Source of the DNA: Candidatus Latescibacterota bacterium
Lineage (GTDB): Bacteria; Latescibacterota; UBA2968
NCBI GenBank assembly: GCA_965207885.1
Contig: OZ242311.1
Span: forward strand, 4,544,001 to 4,608,000
DNA: 64,000 bases
Direction: 5' to 3'
The translations under genes and the position numbers were made by a program. Below the pieces are notes generated by a model. That model made no database searches. It saw nothing but the letters and a program-made list of their open reading frames with translations, and was not told where the DNA came from. Of the stretch, positions 28,696 to 38,828 are shown in pieces (positions within the stretch are counted from its first letter, which is position 1; every line of letters begins with the position of its first letter).

Positions 28696-29982
28696 TCACC
28701 GAAGCGAGCGCGACCCGTCGGGTTGAAACGTGTAAGTGAAATTGTAATAACGCGATTGTGCACCGGTAGATGGTACTGCGTCACCGCCTTTGTAATAGCT
28801 CGTAAACTTGAGCTTGGCATAACGGCCATCTGCTGTGCGGATAACCAGTACGACCCCCGGGTTCATCAGGATAGCATGGGGTGGAAAACCCTCAGGCCCG
28901 GTATATGTGTACCGGGCTCTGCCGATAGCGGGAAGACCGGGCTGATCCTGTACATATCCCGATTCGGGCGCTGTTGAAAGGGTGTCGTAATCTGTTGCTG
29001 TGAAAATGATTGCACCGCCTTGACCGGGACCATTGATGCCGCTGTTGGTTAAGACGGTCGTGGATTTAAACGCGAGATCCCATTTTGTGGAATTGGAATC
29101 TGCTGGCGATACAACGGCGCTGTCTCGAAGGCTATAATACGTGAAGGCGTCCTTCCTGTCTGGATCGGCGGGAATATCGCGCGCGTTCACTTCTGTTAGT
29201 GTTGTGATTTCGGTGGATGGAGGCGGTTCGGCAAATAAACGCGATCCGTCGGGTTGGAATGTGTAGGTGAAATTGTAAAAACGCGATTGTGCGCCAGCAG
29301 ATGGTGTTGCTTCACCGCCTTTGTAATAGCTCGTAAATTTGAGCTTGGCATAGCGTCCATCTGCGGTGCGGATGACCAGTACGACCCCAGAGTTCATCAG
29401 GATGGCATGGCTTGGCGGGCCGGTATATGTGTACCAGGCTCTGCCAATAGCGGGTTGACCGTCCTGATCCTGTACATATCCCGATTCGGGTGCTGTTGAA
29501 AGGGTATCGTAATCAGTTGCTGTGAGTATGATTGCACCGCCTTCACCTGGACCGCTGCTGCCGCTGTTGGTTAAGACGGTCGTCCCCTTAAACGCAATAT
29601 CCCATTTTGTGGAGTTGGAATCTGCTGGCGATACAATAGCACTGTCTCGAAGGCTGTAATACGTGAAGACGTCCTGCCGATTCGGGTCGGCGGGTATATC
29701 TTGGACGACCACTTCTGTTAGCGCTGTAATCGGCTCAGGGGCTGGCGCGGCTTCACTGCCGAATACCTGGACGAAGAGTAAGAAGTCTGCAAAATCAACC
29801 GTTCCACTGTTGTCGAGGTCGTATAAGGCCTCTGTTGTGCCAAAAGCCTGGGCAAACTGGAGAAAGTCGGGGAAATCGACTGTGCCACTGCCGTCAAAAT
29901 CGGCATTGGACGATGTTTTTGCCAGGGCTGGCGCTGTTGCTAAAACAAAAATACAAAGGGCCAGCAGGTTTAAAGTTTTCAC
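28696..29982 (-). CDS. HmuY-family hemophore with an N-terminal dockerin-like double EF-hand and two tandem HmuY domains
   Basis: Signal peptide; ADFDGSGTVDFPDF...DLDNSGTVDFADF; then twice YYSL, KWD(I/L)AF, NSG and IRTADGRYAKLKFTSYY. Confidence 0.8.
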   Translation of the reverse strand: MKTLNLLALCIFVLATAPALAKTSSNADFDGSGTVDFPDFLQFAQAFGTTEALYDLDNSGTVDFADFLLFVQVFGSEAAPAPEPITALTEVVVQDIPADPNRQDVFTYYSLRDSAIVSPADSNSTKWDIAFKGTTVLTNSGSSGPGEGGAIILTATDYDTLSTAPESGYVQDQDGQPAIGRAWYTYTGPPSHAILMNSGVVLVIRTADGRYAKLKFTSYYKGGEATPSAGAQSRFYNFTYTFQPDGSRLFAEPPPSTEITTLTEVNARDIPADPDRKDAFTYYSLRDSAVVSPADSNSTKWDLAFKSTTVLTNSGINGPGQGGAIIFTATDYDTLSTAPESGYVQDQPGLPAIGRARYTYTGPEGFPPHAILMNPGVVLVIRTADGRYAKLKFTSYYKGGDAVPSTGAQSRYYNFTYTFQPDGSRSLR

Positions 29983-30012
29983 GACGGTATCCTCCCTGAA
30001 AATTTGAAGTGA

Positions 30013-32343
30013 TTAGAAGCTTTTTGTCAATCCCGCATAGAGTGTTCGCCCGGGCAGTGAAGGGGTGTAGTCCAGTCGCTTTTCATCGAATATGTTGTCG
30101 ATGCCCAATTGAACTGTCGCGACTTTGCGGATGTGTTGGGATATGGAGATGTGCCAGAGGTCATAACCCGGCGCATATTCTTCTGGTGCGTCTAAGATGG
30201 TATTTAAGTTGCGGTCGCGATAACCGTATCGCCCCCGATAAATACCGCGCAAACTTCCACTAAAACCGAGTTTCTCATTGTGAAAAAAGAATCGCATCGT
30301 GGCCATGTGTTTTGAGCGGTTGTACAAACCGCCGTATTCGGATATTTCAACGTGGCGCAGCTTGTTGGTTTCAGTGTCAATTTTTACAATTTGATCGGCT
30401 TCGATTTTGTCCAGGACTTCTTCGTCTCCGGTTTCCAAATACTGATAGCCCGCGGATAAGGACACGCCTGAGAAGGGGTTTAGTGTGAGGTCGCTTTCTA
30501 TGCCTTTTGTAAAGACGCGATTGAGGTTGAAATAGGTATAGACACTCTGGCCGCTCATTTTGCGCGCGATGGGCGAGGCTTCGATGAGGTCCTGTACGTT
30601 ATTGCGGAAGAAATTGATTTTGGCGGATATACTGCGTAGGGGGGCGATTTCAATGCCTCCGTTATATGAAACCGCACTTTCGGCGCGAATCTGTTCCATG
30701 GATTCAACATCTTGCAAGATGGCGGCAATACGGCCTTCGCGTTGTAGTAATGCCAGGCCTTCGCGCATGTATGTTGATCCCAGAACAGAATAACCCACGG
30801 AGGGATTTGTAAAATCCAGATACAATTGCTGAAAGGTAGGTGCTTTGAAACCACTGCCGATAGAGGCGCGGAGACGCAGAGAAGGTATCGGTTTGATGAG
30901 GAGTGCAGCTTTGGGGCTTAAACGGGTTGCGTAATCGCTGTGTGCATCAATGCGTCCGCTGAGGACGATGTTGAGATAGGTGGTGGGCAACCATTCTTCT
31001 TGCAAAAAAGCAAAGGTGTTTTGCGAGGTTTGTCGTCCACCTGTGATGCGGTCTGCTTTGACCGATTCCCAAATGCCTCCTGCGCCCACTGTGATCAGAT
31101 TTGTTTTTCCTATGAGCTTTTGGGCCTGTACTTCGGCTTTGTGATAGTTTTGGGCAAAAGTTGAGGCAGAGTAGGTCTCGCCGTTGTTGCGATAGGTGAG
31201 CTCGCTTTTTGTGTGGTACCTGGTGGTGTAAAATTTTCCCGTTATCTGGAAATCGGGTGTCCATTGGAAGACGATTTTGGGATTGATATTCCAATCCGTC
31301 AGTCGCGCATCGCTGTGGATGGCCTCTATCGCACCGTTTGAGTAGATCTCATCCAGGCTGTACTGGTCTTCTACAAATACCCGCGCTACAAGCGATAGCG
31401 TGGTTCGTTGATTGGGGTGGTAAACGATTTTGGGATTTAACGTGTAGGTGACATATTCTGGCGTGGTTGGAGAAATCGTTTCGGGGGTGTGGTCATATCC
31501 GTCACTTTGGCTTCTGTCAATAAAGAATGAGGTTCCAATCTCGCGTTGGTGGGTTTCTAATTCGCCAGTGAAATTCAAAGAGCCGAAGCTGCCATAGCGC
31601 GGGCGCACAGATATGGAGAATGGTTTTTCAGGCATTCGCGTGATGAGGTTAATCACACCGGCGAGTGCCTCACTGCCATAGAGCGACGATGTAGGTCCTT
31701 TGACGATTTCTACTTGCTCGAGATTGTTCACCAAAAAGCGGTCCAGGTCGAGCGTTCCCGCTGTGCGTCCGATGATGGGTTCGCCATCCAGGAGAATAAG
31801 CGTATAATCGGGGTCAAAGCCCTGCATCTGAACGCCCATGCCGTGATCGGATATGACGGCCAGCCCGGTTTGTTCGGCCAGTAAAGCTCCCAGATTTATT
31901 ACGCCAGACGCATCGATTTCTCGTTTGGTAATGACCTGGGTTTGGATGGGCGCATTTTCGACTTTGCGAGACGATTTGGTGCCTGTGACAACAATCGGTG
32001 GCAATGCAATGGTTTCGGGTGTCAACACGATGGTCATTCGCGCGGTGGTGTTTGTCGAGATTTTTATTTCTTTTTGTATGGGATGATATCCTACCAGACG
32101 CGCTATTAGGACGTAATCACCAGCCTGCACATTGTTGAAAGAAAACCGCCCTGTCGATGAGCTCACAGTTCCCAATGATGTATTTGCAATGGTGATATTC
32201 ACATTGGGTAGCGGCGTTCTTTCAGATGTTTGCACCACGCCTTGAATCCGACCCGTTTCATTTTTTGCCGCAACGGCATTGCATTGCCAGATCAGGAAGA
32301 GGAGCAATCCTATCCATTTCATTCCATCCAGTACGTATCTCAT
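30013..32343 (-). CDS. TonB-dependent receptor (HmuR/colicin-I-receptor-like, probable heme receptor)
   Basis: Carboxypeptidase-regulatory-like N-domain, IVVTGT, plug IEIVKGPTSSLYGSEALAGVIN, C-terminal F; adjacent to HmuY. Confidence 0.88.
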   Translation of the reverse strand: MRYVLDGMKWIGLLLFLIWQCNAVAAKNETGRIQGVVQTSERTPLPNVNITIANTSLGTVSSSTGRFSFNNVQAGDYVLIARLVGYHPIQKEIKISTNTTARMTIVLTPETIALPPIVVTGTKSSRKVENAPIQTQVITKREIDASGVINLGALLAEQTGLAVISDHGMGVQMQGFDPDYTLILLDGEPIIGRTAGTLDLDRFLVNNLEQVEIVKGPTSSLYGSEALAGVINLITRMPEKPFSISVRPRYGSFGSLNFTGELETHQREIGTSFFIDRSQSDGYDHTPETISPTTPEYVTYTLNPKIVYHPNQRTTLSLVARVFVEDQYSLDEIYSNGAIEAIHSDARLTDWNINPKIVFQWTPDFQITGKFYTTRYHTKSELTYRNNGETYSASTFAQNYHKAEVQAQKLIGKTNLITVGAGGIWESVKADRITGGRQTSQNTFAFLQEEWLPTTYLNIVLSGRIDAHSDYATRLSPKAALLIKPIPSLRLRASIGSGFKAPTFQQLYLDFTNPSVGYSVLGSTYMREGLALLQREGRIAAILQDVESMEQIRAESAVSYNGGIEIAPLRSISAKINFFRNNVQDLIEASPIARKMSGQSVYTYFNLNRVFTKGIESDLTLNPFSGVSLSAGYQYLETGDEEVLDKIEADQIVKIDTETNKLRHVEISEYGGLYNRSKHMATMRFFFHNEKLGFSGSLRGIYRGRYGYRDRNLNTILDAPEEYAPGYDLWHISISQHIRKVATVQLGIDNIFDEKRLDYTPSLPGRTLYAGLTKSF

Positions 32344-32386
32344 AAAAGCCTCTTTTCCAGATATTGCTGCTGGAAACAGTATTGGT

Positions 32387-32827
32387 TTAGTTGAGATGAA
32401 TATGTTGCGGGTTATAATGTATTTGAGGCAAGGGTGGTAGTATTGTATCTGAGAGGTTATCGCATTCTTTTGGAAAGTCGTCGCATTCTTTTTGTGAGGG
32501 CAAAATGCCTGCGATCTCGCAGTCTTCGATAAATTCCAGGCGTTCCTGGGCGCTGGCGAGGCTGTCGCTCATAAGGCAAAATTCATCTGTGGGAAGCACC
32601 AGTGTTGTCGATCCATAATTGACCGTAATATGCGATGCCTCAATCGTGCCCTGTTCGACTTGACTGTGTATTGCAAATATTGATTGGCACAATTTTGCGA
32701 AGCAAGTGAGGCACATGCAGATATTGACATAGCCGTAAAAGAGGCAAATGTGGTCTTCTTTGTAGCGATAAACACAGATTGGGTGTGTGCCTTCGGTGTT
32801 GTTTGCCAGAATTTGTGAATTGTCCAT
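32387..32827 (-). CDS. Cys/His-rich hypothetical protein
   Basis: GAGG RBS before ATG 32827; CVY...HICLFYG...CMCLTC...C. The upstream in-frame extension is uncertain. Confidence 0.6.
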   Translation of the reverse strand: MDNSQILANNTEGTHPICVYRYKEDHICLFYGYVNICMCLTCFAKLCQSIFAIHSQVEQGTIEASHITVNYGSTTLVLPTDEFCLMSDSLASAQERLEFIEDCEIAGILPSQKECDDFPKECDNLSDTILPPLPQIHYNPQHIHLN

Positions 32828-33012
32828 TGAGTGTTCCTCCAAATAGTTTGTGATTTGGTTATGGTTGGATGGGGTGGGCGATCTTTTTTTGCACTCGCTG
32901 CCCAAATTGTGCGCCAGAATGAGTGCCATCAAGAGTGTCCAGATGAAAACGCCAGAGGGGATGCACAGCAACACGGATGCCCCACTGCTCACGAGAATGA
33001 GCGTTTTGGTTG

Positions 33013-34674
33013 TCAAGTCACAGGCTCCTCTTTGACTCTGGACGAAGGCCACATTGCACTGCGCCACAACAAATAGAACCAACCGATGATGGCCCCGAAA
33101 GTGAGGGCCGCGAAAATTGCGATAGTAGCCCAGACGCCCGTTGGTGTATCGGGCAGAGAAGATACAACTGGTGGGCCGGGTATCGCGCCTGGCCCATCAA
33201 ATACGGTTTTGTAAGTGGTATTGTCCCACATAGTGATTTGCAATTGAAGTGGAGTATTGGGTTTTGTGGTGAGGGTGGCCGTTGGTGCAGATGCCATTCC
33301 TTTCAAATTGACGGATTCGCCCTCCAATTCGCCTATAGAAACTCCTTTGTAATTTGGAAAACCTTTGCCCAAAAACTTTGCGGTGAGTCGCATGCCTTCT
33401 GATGGATTGCAAGGAACTGCACAGGTCATTTTTATTTGATAGGGGCCAACGGGTTGCTCCGCGATGACAAATGGCGGGGCGATTTGTGTGCCGTAATTGT
33501 AAATGCCTTCAATTGTGGAGAATACCGCGACAATAAAATATGCCAGTGTGAGAATGAAGGACACGGTTGCACCGCGCAGCCACGGAAATGCTTGCGAGGG
33601 AATAGATTTCTTGCGCACTACCCATAGGTACGTACCTGCTAAAATTGAAAACGACAGCACCAATCCAAAAATGCACCAGATGATTTTGGTTGCGAGACCG
33701 CCGAAATAGCCAAAGTGAAGGGGATCTACCAGATCTGTAATGAAAGGTATGGCTGCGAGGTCTGCGCTGTGTTGTATGGCAATAACTTCGCCGCTAAATG
33801 GATGCAACAGTATTTTGTTGGCTCGGTCTCTGACGAGTGGATTGCCCGCTTGTCCGTCCAAATAGACCGGTGCGCCAATACGAGTTGGCAGGCGCAGGGA
33901 CCGGATTGTTAGTCCGGGAAACGCCGCCTGGGCGCGTTTTGCGTATTCGTTGGGCGCGTGCAACGCGGGCTGTGGACCGTAATTGTCGAGTGATGTTTTA
34001 TCGACCTGAGGAAGAGGCGGTGGTAGCAGTGCTTTGTAGTTGTCTGCGGCTTGAAAACACACTTCAACAAAGTAGAACACGCCTGTAGCCGCACTCAGGA
34101 AGACGAATATGAGCACCCATATTCCCGTGGTTTTGTGCAGGTCTGACCAGAGCCTGCGCGGCCCTCTATCTGCGCGTAGTGAGAACAATTGTTTGAGCCA
34201 GCCTTTGTAAAAAAAGAATCCAGATAGACTTGATACGAGCAATGTAAATGCGGTGAGCGTGACGAGGACGATGCCTCGCGTGCCGTCGAAAAAACGCCGG
34301 TGAAAAGTGCGAAAAAAACGCTGCACATTAAAAAAACTGGTATGGCCTTTCAGCACGCCGGTATATGGATCGAGATAGACTTTTCGCGTTTGTCCGTTTA
34401 GGGATACATACGCCAGGGCAGCAAAACCATTGCCTTCGGGTGCATAAATGCCCGACGCGATTCCGTCGGGAAACTCATCGCCCAATGTTTTGTACATCGC
34501 ACTCCAATCATAAGGCGCGTTGCGGGTTTCGACGCGCATTGCGGGATTGAACAACCAGTCTATTTCATGGGATAGAGTGGCAAATGATCCGGAAAAGCAG
34601 ACCACAAAAAGCAGCAAGCCAGTGTTTAGCCCCAACCAGCCGTGTAGGCGAAAAAGTATCTTGCGCCAATTCAT
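33013..34674 (-). CDS. PepSY-associated TM helix protein (putative ferric-siderophore reductase)
   Basis: LHGWLG, FHRR, DLHKTTG and LHFGYFGG histidine-bearing TM motifs. Confidence 0.88.
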   Translation of the reverse strand: MNWRKILFRLHGWLGLNTGLLLFVVCFSGSFATLSHEIDWLFNPAMRVETRNAPYDWSAMYKTLGDEFPDGIASGIYAPEGNGFAALAYVSLNGQTRKVYLDPYTGVLKGHTSFFNVQRFFRTFHRRFFDGTRGIVLVTLTAFTLLVSSLSGFFFYKGWLKQLFSLRADRGPRRLWSDLHKTTGIWVLIFVFLSAATGVFYFVEVCFQAADNYKALLPPPLPQVDKTSLDNYGPQPALHAPNEYAKRAQAAFPGLTIRSLRLPTRIGAPVYLDGQAGNPLVRDRANKILLHPFSGEVIAIQHSADLAAIPFITDLVDPLHFGYFGGLATKIIWCIFGLVLSFSILAGTYLWVVRKKSIPSQAFPWLRGATVSFILTLAYFIVAVFSTIEGIYNYGTQIAPPFVIAEQPVGPYQIKMTCAVPCNPSEGMRLTAKFLGKGFPNYKGVSIGELEGESVNLKGMASAPTATLTTKPNTPLQLQITMWDNTTYKTVFDGPGAIPGPPVVSSLPDTPTGVWATIAIFAALTFGAIIGWFYLLWRSAMWPSSRVKEEPVT

Positions 34675-34722
34675 TTTGCCGTTCTATCCCGTTAGATGCC
34701 GTGTTGTTCAGGCCTTCTTTAA

Positions 34723-37113
34723 TCAAAATTGATAGCGGACGGTCGTGTCAAAGCTTCTGGGCGTGCCTCTAAACCCACCGATGCGACCGCCATAACCGCC
34801 TGGGAAATATTCTTTCCCTGTGAGGTTGTGCAAATTGACGGCGATTTTGAATCGGTCGTAGCGAATGAATATGCCACCGTTGACGACAAAGTAAGAAGGC
34901 AGGTTGTCGTCTGTTTGGAACGTCGTGCGCTCGCTGAGATAACTGCCGCCCAGGGCGAAACCGATTTGAGAAGCTGGAGAAAGTGGCATATCATAGCGAG
35001 ACCAGAATCCGATGGTGTTTTTTGGGTTATTTGGGTTCTTTTTTCCGACATTGTCCGGGTTGGTGTCTTTGGTAATTTCGGCTTTGAGGCTGCGCGCAAA
35101 ACTGCCGTGTACACTCCAGCGGTCGGTGATAATACCGGCCATGTCAAGTTCGAAACCCTGGCTTTGAATTTCGCCGACCTGAACTCTGCGATCTGGCATG
35201 TCTTCGGGCGGGTTTGGATCTCTGAGAATGACATTTTCTTTGGTGATGTGATAAAGCGCGAGGGTGGTATTAAAACGGTTGTCTAAGAATGACGATTTCG
35301 CGCCACCTTCTATTGTCCAGCTGTTTTCAGGATCAAAGGGGCCGCCATATCGGTCGGGGTCAAATGTGTAGCTGGAACGGACGGGTTCAAATCCCTGGCT
35401 ATAACTCAGATAGGTCGAGATTGACGGGATGAGCTTGAACACAGCACCGCCGCGCAAAGACCACTGAGAATCGCTGGCCCGGTTGTTCGATCCTTCTTCG
35501 GCTTTGTCTTCGAATGAGTCGTAGCGGGCACCTATCAGCACGTTGAGCTTATTACCGAGGGCGATCTGGTCTTGAAGATAAAAACCGAAGGCCGAGATGC
35601 GGTTGTTGAGGCGCGTGGTCAATTGGGAAATGCCCCGCGGAATATCTGCCCCGTAATAGGAATATTTGAGTGGGTTGTTTGCTTGCGCGAAAACGGGATT
35701 AAAGATATTGATATTGGGCACCGGCCCGCCCCGGCTGGCGTCTCGAGCGGTTGCAAAGCGGTAAAGACCTTCTGTGAGGGTGTATTCCACGCCCGAGAGT
35801 ACCGTGTGGTTGATTGATGCGGCGTTGATATCGTAGATCAAATTTGCGTTGACGGCTCGCTGCTGTTTTTCGCGATACTGATCTCGGAATTCGCGCAGCA
35901 TGGTTTCGCCGTCGGCGAGCAGGCCGCGGGGTTCGTGATATTCTTGCCGCCGTTGGTTGGTCAGGTAACTGGCCGAAACGTCAAATTTGAGGTGGTCTGA
36001 AAAGCGGTGGTCTGCGCGGAGGCGATAGACATAGGCTTCAATGCTGATAAAATCATCGGGTTCGTTGACGGTGTAGCTAAGTGGAAGCTCGACGAGTTCG
36101 TGGTTGAAAAAGGGGACGCCTCTATTGCGATGGCCTTTATTGAGTTCGTCAAACCATTCGCCGTTTATTGAAATAGATGTGCGGTCTGTAGGCAGCCATA
36201 TGAAACCGCCGTTGAAGGACGAGTAAATGAATTGTTCGTGTTGGCGGTATCCATCATCATTGGCATGGTTGACGTTGATTTTGTAGAGCAGTTTACCAAA
36301 ACCAGGGGTTACGGGTACAGGTCCTGTTGAAGAGAAGTTTGCCTGAGATTTTGAATAGGATCCGAGCGTAAGCTTGAGTTCGTTTTTTTGTCGCGCACTT
36401 GGTTGTTTGGTAATGACGTTAATAAATCCACCGGGTCGCGATTGCCCATAGAGCGCGCCAGCAGGACCTTTGACCACTTCGACGCGTTCTACGTCGTCTA
36501 AGCGCATTCGGTTGAAGAAGCCGTGTACCTGATTGAGACCGTTTTGCTTGACCGCGCCGTCTCCTGTGGTGCGAAAGCCGCGCATGTTAAAGTCGAGGTA
36601 TTCGCTGAAGGGATTGACACCACTGACGTTTTGCAGCACGTCAGTGAGATAGGTCAGCCCCTGGTCTTCGACGAGATCGCCATTGATGATTTGGACGGAC
36701 TGGGGCAAGTCGCGCAAAGCGGTGTTGGTGCGCGTTGCAGTGGTGCGGTCTGAGGCATACCCTTCTTCGACAACTGTGATTTCATTGAGGATGTATGGCG
36801 TGTCTTCAATGAGGGTGATTGCGATTTTGGGGACTTGCTTTGGGGTGACAGATATGGTTTGTTCAATGGTTTTATAACCGAGATAACTCGCGATCAAGAC
36901 ATGGTCTCCGTGCGGCACATTGGGAATCACAAAATACCCCTGGTTATCTGCCACAGCACCCAGGCGCGTGTTTTTGAGCACAATGCTCGCACCGGGAAGT
37001 GGATTATTTTTTTGATCTAAAACTTGTCCGCGAATAGTATTTGTTTGTGCGAGGACCGGTGTTGAATAGATCGCGAAAACAACGAGCAATAGTAACCGAT
37101 AAAAATTTGACAT
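34723..37113 (-). CDS. TonB-dependent siderophore receptor
   Basis: TATRTNTALRDLPQSV, ERVEVVKGPAGALYG...PGGFIN and C-terminal RYQF; start MSNFY preceded by GGAG. Confidence 0.92.
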   Translation of the reverse strand: MSNFYRLLLLVVFAIYSTPVLAQTNTIRGQVLDQKNNPLPGASIVLKNTRLGAVADNQGYFVIPNVPHGDHVLIASYLGYKTIEQTISVTPKQVPKIAITLIEDTPYILNEITVVEEGYASDRTTATRTNTALRDLPQSVQIINGDLVEDQGLTYLTDVLQNVSGVNPFSEYLDFNMRGFRTTGDGAVKQNGLNQVHGFFNRMRLDDVERVEVVKGPAGALYGQSRPGGFINVITKQPSARQKNELKLTLGSYSKSQANFSSTGPVPVTPGFGKLLYKINVNHANDDGYRQHEQFIYSSFNGGFIWLPTDRTSISINGEWFDELNKGHRNRGVPFFNHELVELPLSYTVNEPDDFISIEAYVYRLRADHRFSDHLKFDVSASYLTNQRRQEYHEPRGLLADGETMLREFRDQYREKQQRAVNANLIYDINAASINHTVLSGVEYTLTEGLYRFATARDASRGGPVPNINIFNPVFAQANNPLKYSYYGADIPRGISQLTTRLNNRISAFGFYLQDQIALGNKLNVLIGARYDSFEDKAEEGSNNRASDSQWSLRGGAVFKLIPSISTYLSYSQGFEPVRSSYTFDPDRYGGPFDPENSWTIEGGAKSSFLDNRFNTTLALYHITKENVILRDPNPPEDMPDRRVQVGEIQSQGFELDMAGIITDRWSVHGSFARSLKAEITKDTNPDNVGKKNPNNPKNTIGFWSRYDMPLSPASQIGFALGGSYLSERTTFQTDDNLPSYFVVNGGIFIRYDRFKIAVNLHNLTGKEYFPGGYGGRIGGFRGTPRSFDTTVRYQF

Positions 37114-37200
37114 GTTGATTCTCCGCATTGATGAGATATTGGGGTTGAGAATTTTAAAAATCTGTACAACTCCATTTTCTTTTTGCATCTATGGTGCATA

Positions 37201-37218
37201 AATTTTATGTTTAAAACA
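37201..37218. promoter_or_regulatory. Fourth, isolated match to the TTTTA-N4-TAAAACA operator-like palindrome
   Basis: AATTTTATGTTTAAAACA upstream of the siderophore receptor gene. Confidence 0.45.
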
Positions 37219-37310
37219 TGCTGCGCCTCCTTTGGGGTGTGGCTCTCTGCCATCGGTTTTCTGCTTTGACGGGCGATAACCGGTGGCATTTTTGTTTTTT
37301 GTGCAGAACG

Positions 37311-38705
37311 CTACAATGATTGCAGAAAAGCGAGCAATGCGTCGCGGTCTGTTTTGGACAAGTTTCGCACGGCTTCGCGCGATTGTTCGGCTTCGCCGCC
37401 GTGAAACATAATGGCTTCGAGCAAGGTTCTGGCTCTGCCATCGTGTAAGAAGGCCGGAACACCGCTGACGGTTTCCGTGAGTCCAATGCCCCACAGTGGG
37501 GGCGTTTTCCACTCGCGGCCATCGGCTTCGTAGTCCGGACGATTATCGGCGAGGGCTTCGCCCATGTCGTGGAGCAACAAATCGGTGTAGGGGTGAATGG
37601 TTTGATTCGATAGTGACGAGATGCTGTGGTTGCCTGTTTTAAATGTGGTTGTATGGCAATTGGCGCAACCGGTTGATTCAAAGAGCGCTTCGCCTCGCAA
37701 TGCCTGTGGATCATCCCACAGACGCCGCGCGGGCACGGCAAGGGTTTGTAAGTAAAATGTGGTGACGTCCAGTATTTCCTCTGAGATTTCCGGATCGTCG
37801 TTGCGGCCATCGTGCTGGGGTTGTCCGGCTACGGATTCCTGAGGGAAATAGGGGTTGGTAACGCCCATGTCCTCGTTGTACGCGCCGGCAGTTTGTTGCA
37901 AAAGATCGGGGTTGTTGGCTTTCAGGCCAAAACGCCCCAGTTCTCTTTGGCCTGTTCGAAAATTGTACACGTAATTGGGGCGGCCCGATATGCCGTCTCG
38001 ATTGGCATCTCCGGGATCTGATAGGGCGAGGATATCGGACTCGGGGATGGCTTCCAGGAGGCCACGTCCAAATACGGGCGGGGCCATGCGTGCGGACAGG
38101 AGTACACCCGCGGGCAGTGGTTGATATGCGTCAACAATGGTGTAGATGGGGTGTTTTAAGTAAACCTGTTCGCCATCGGATAGGGTTTCCGTTGTTTCAT
38201 AAAAGCTGACTTGAACACGAGCTTCGAGTTTGACGCCATAATTTGAGCGGTCGCCGAGCTGTCCGCCAAAGCCCGGAACGGGTACAGGACCGCCGTGCGG
38301 GGTGAATCCGGGCAGGCTGACGCGCATGAGCATGGAGCCGACAAAGGGTGGTTCAGCGCCAAATGCACCGCGTCCCCGTCCGTCGCGCAGATGACATCCC
38401 ACGCAAGAGGTGTGGCTAAATACGGGACCCAATCCGGGGTTGACGTCTGCAGGATCCGTGACAAAGATCTGTTCAAAGGCGAAATCACCCGCAAAAAATT
38501 TGTCGAGTTCGTCGGGCGAGAGTGTTGGTATGGGCATTTCAAAAGCCTGGCTGGATGCGTCGAAGACGGTTGCCGCCTCCCCGCCAGATAGGGCACTGTC
38601 AGGCGAAGGAACGATATCATCGGGACCAGCAGGCTTGTCGCTGCCACAGGCCCAAAAGAACAGGATTGCGGCTATGATGTATAAAATATGGCGATCTGTT
38701 TTCAT
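37311..38705 (-). CDS. Di-heme oxidoreductase family protein (DUF1111/DHOR)
   Basis: GLGP...SCVGCH, GRFGLKA, CANCH, PYTDLLLHDMG, TPPLWG and LHDGRAR; lipobox-like WAC. Confidence 0.9.
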   Translation of the reverse strand: MKTDRHILYIIAAILFFWACGSDKPAGPDDIVPSPDSALSGGEAATVFDASSQAFEMPIPTLSPDELDKFFAGDFAFEQIFVTDPADVNPGLGPVFSHTSCVGCHLRDGRGRGAFGAEPPFVGSMLMRVSLPGFTPHGGPVPVPGFGGQLGDRSNYGVKLEARVQVSFYETTETLSDGEQVYLKHPIYTIVDAYQPLPAGVLLSARMAPPVFGRGLLEAIPESDILALSDPGDANRDGISGRPNYVYNFRTGQRELGRFGLKANNPDLLQQTAGAYNEDMGVTNPYFPQESVAGQPQHDGRNDDPEISEEILDVTTFYLQTLAVPARRLWDDPQALRGEALFESTGCANCHTTTFKTGNHSISSLSNQTIHPYTDLLLHDMGEALADNRPDYEADGREWKTPPLWGIGLTETVSGVPAFLHDGRARTLLEAIMFHGGEAEQSREAVRNLSKTDRDALLAFLQSL

Positions 38706-38765
38706 AACTCACTAAAGACACGAAACAGTGTACAATTGGTCGTTTCTCGGGACTGTTCACGACAC

Positions 38766-38816
38766 AAAAAATAGCCTGTCCAACCCCACCCACCTCAGGA
38801 TGGTGGAGTTGGACAG
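38766..38816 (-). terminator. Stem-loop with U tract between imelysin and DHOR (partial terminator or mRNA stabiliser)
   Basis: Minus strand CTGTCCAACTCCACC...GGTGGGGTTGGACAG followed by GCTATTTTTT. Confidence 0.55.
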
Positions 38817-38828
38817 TGTGGGGTCTGG

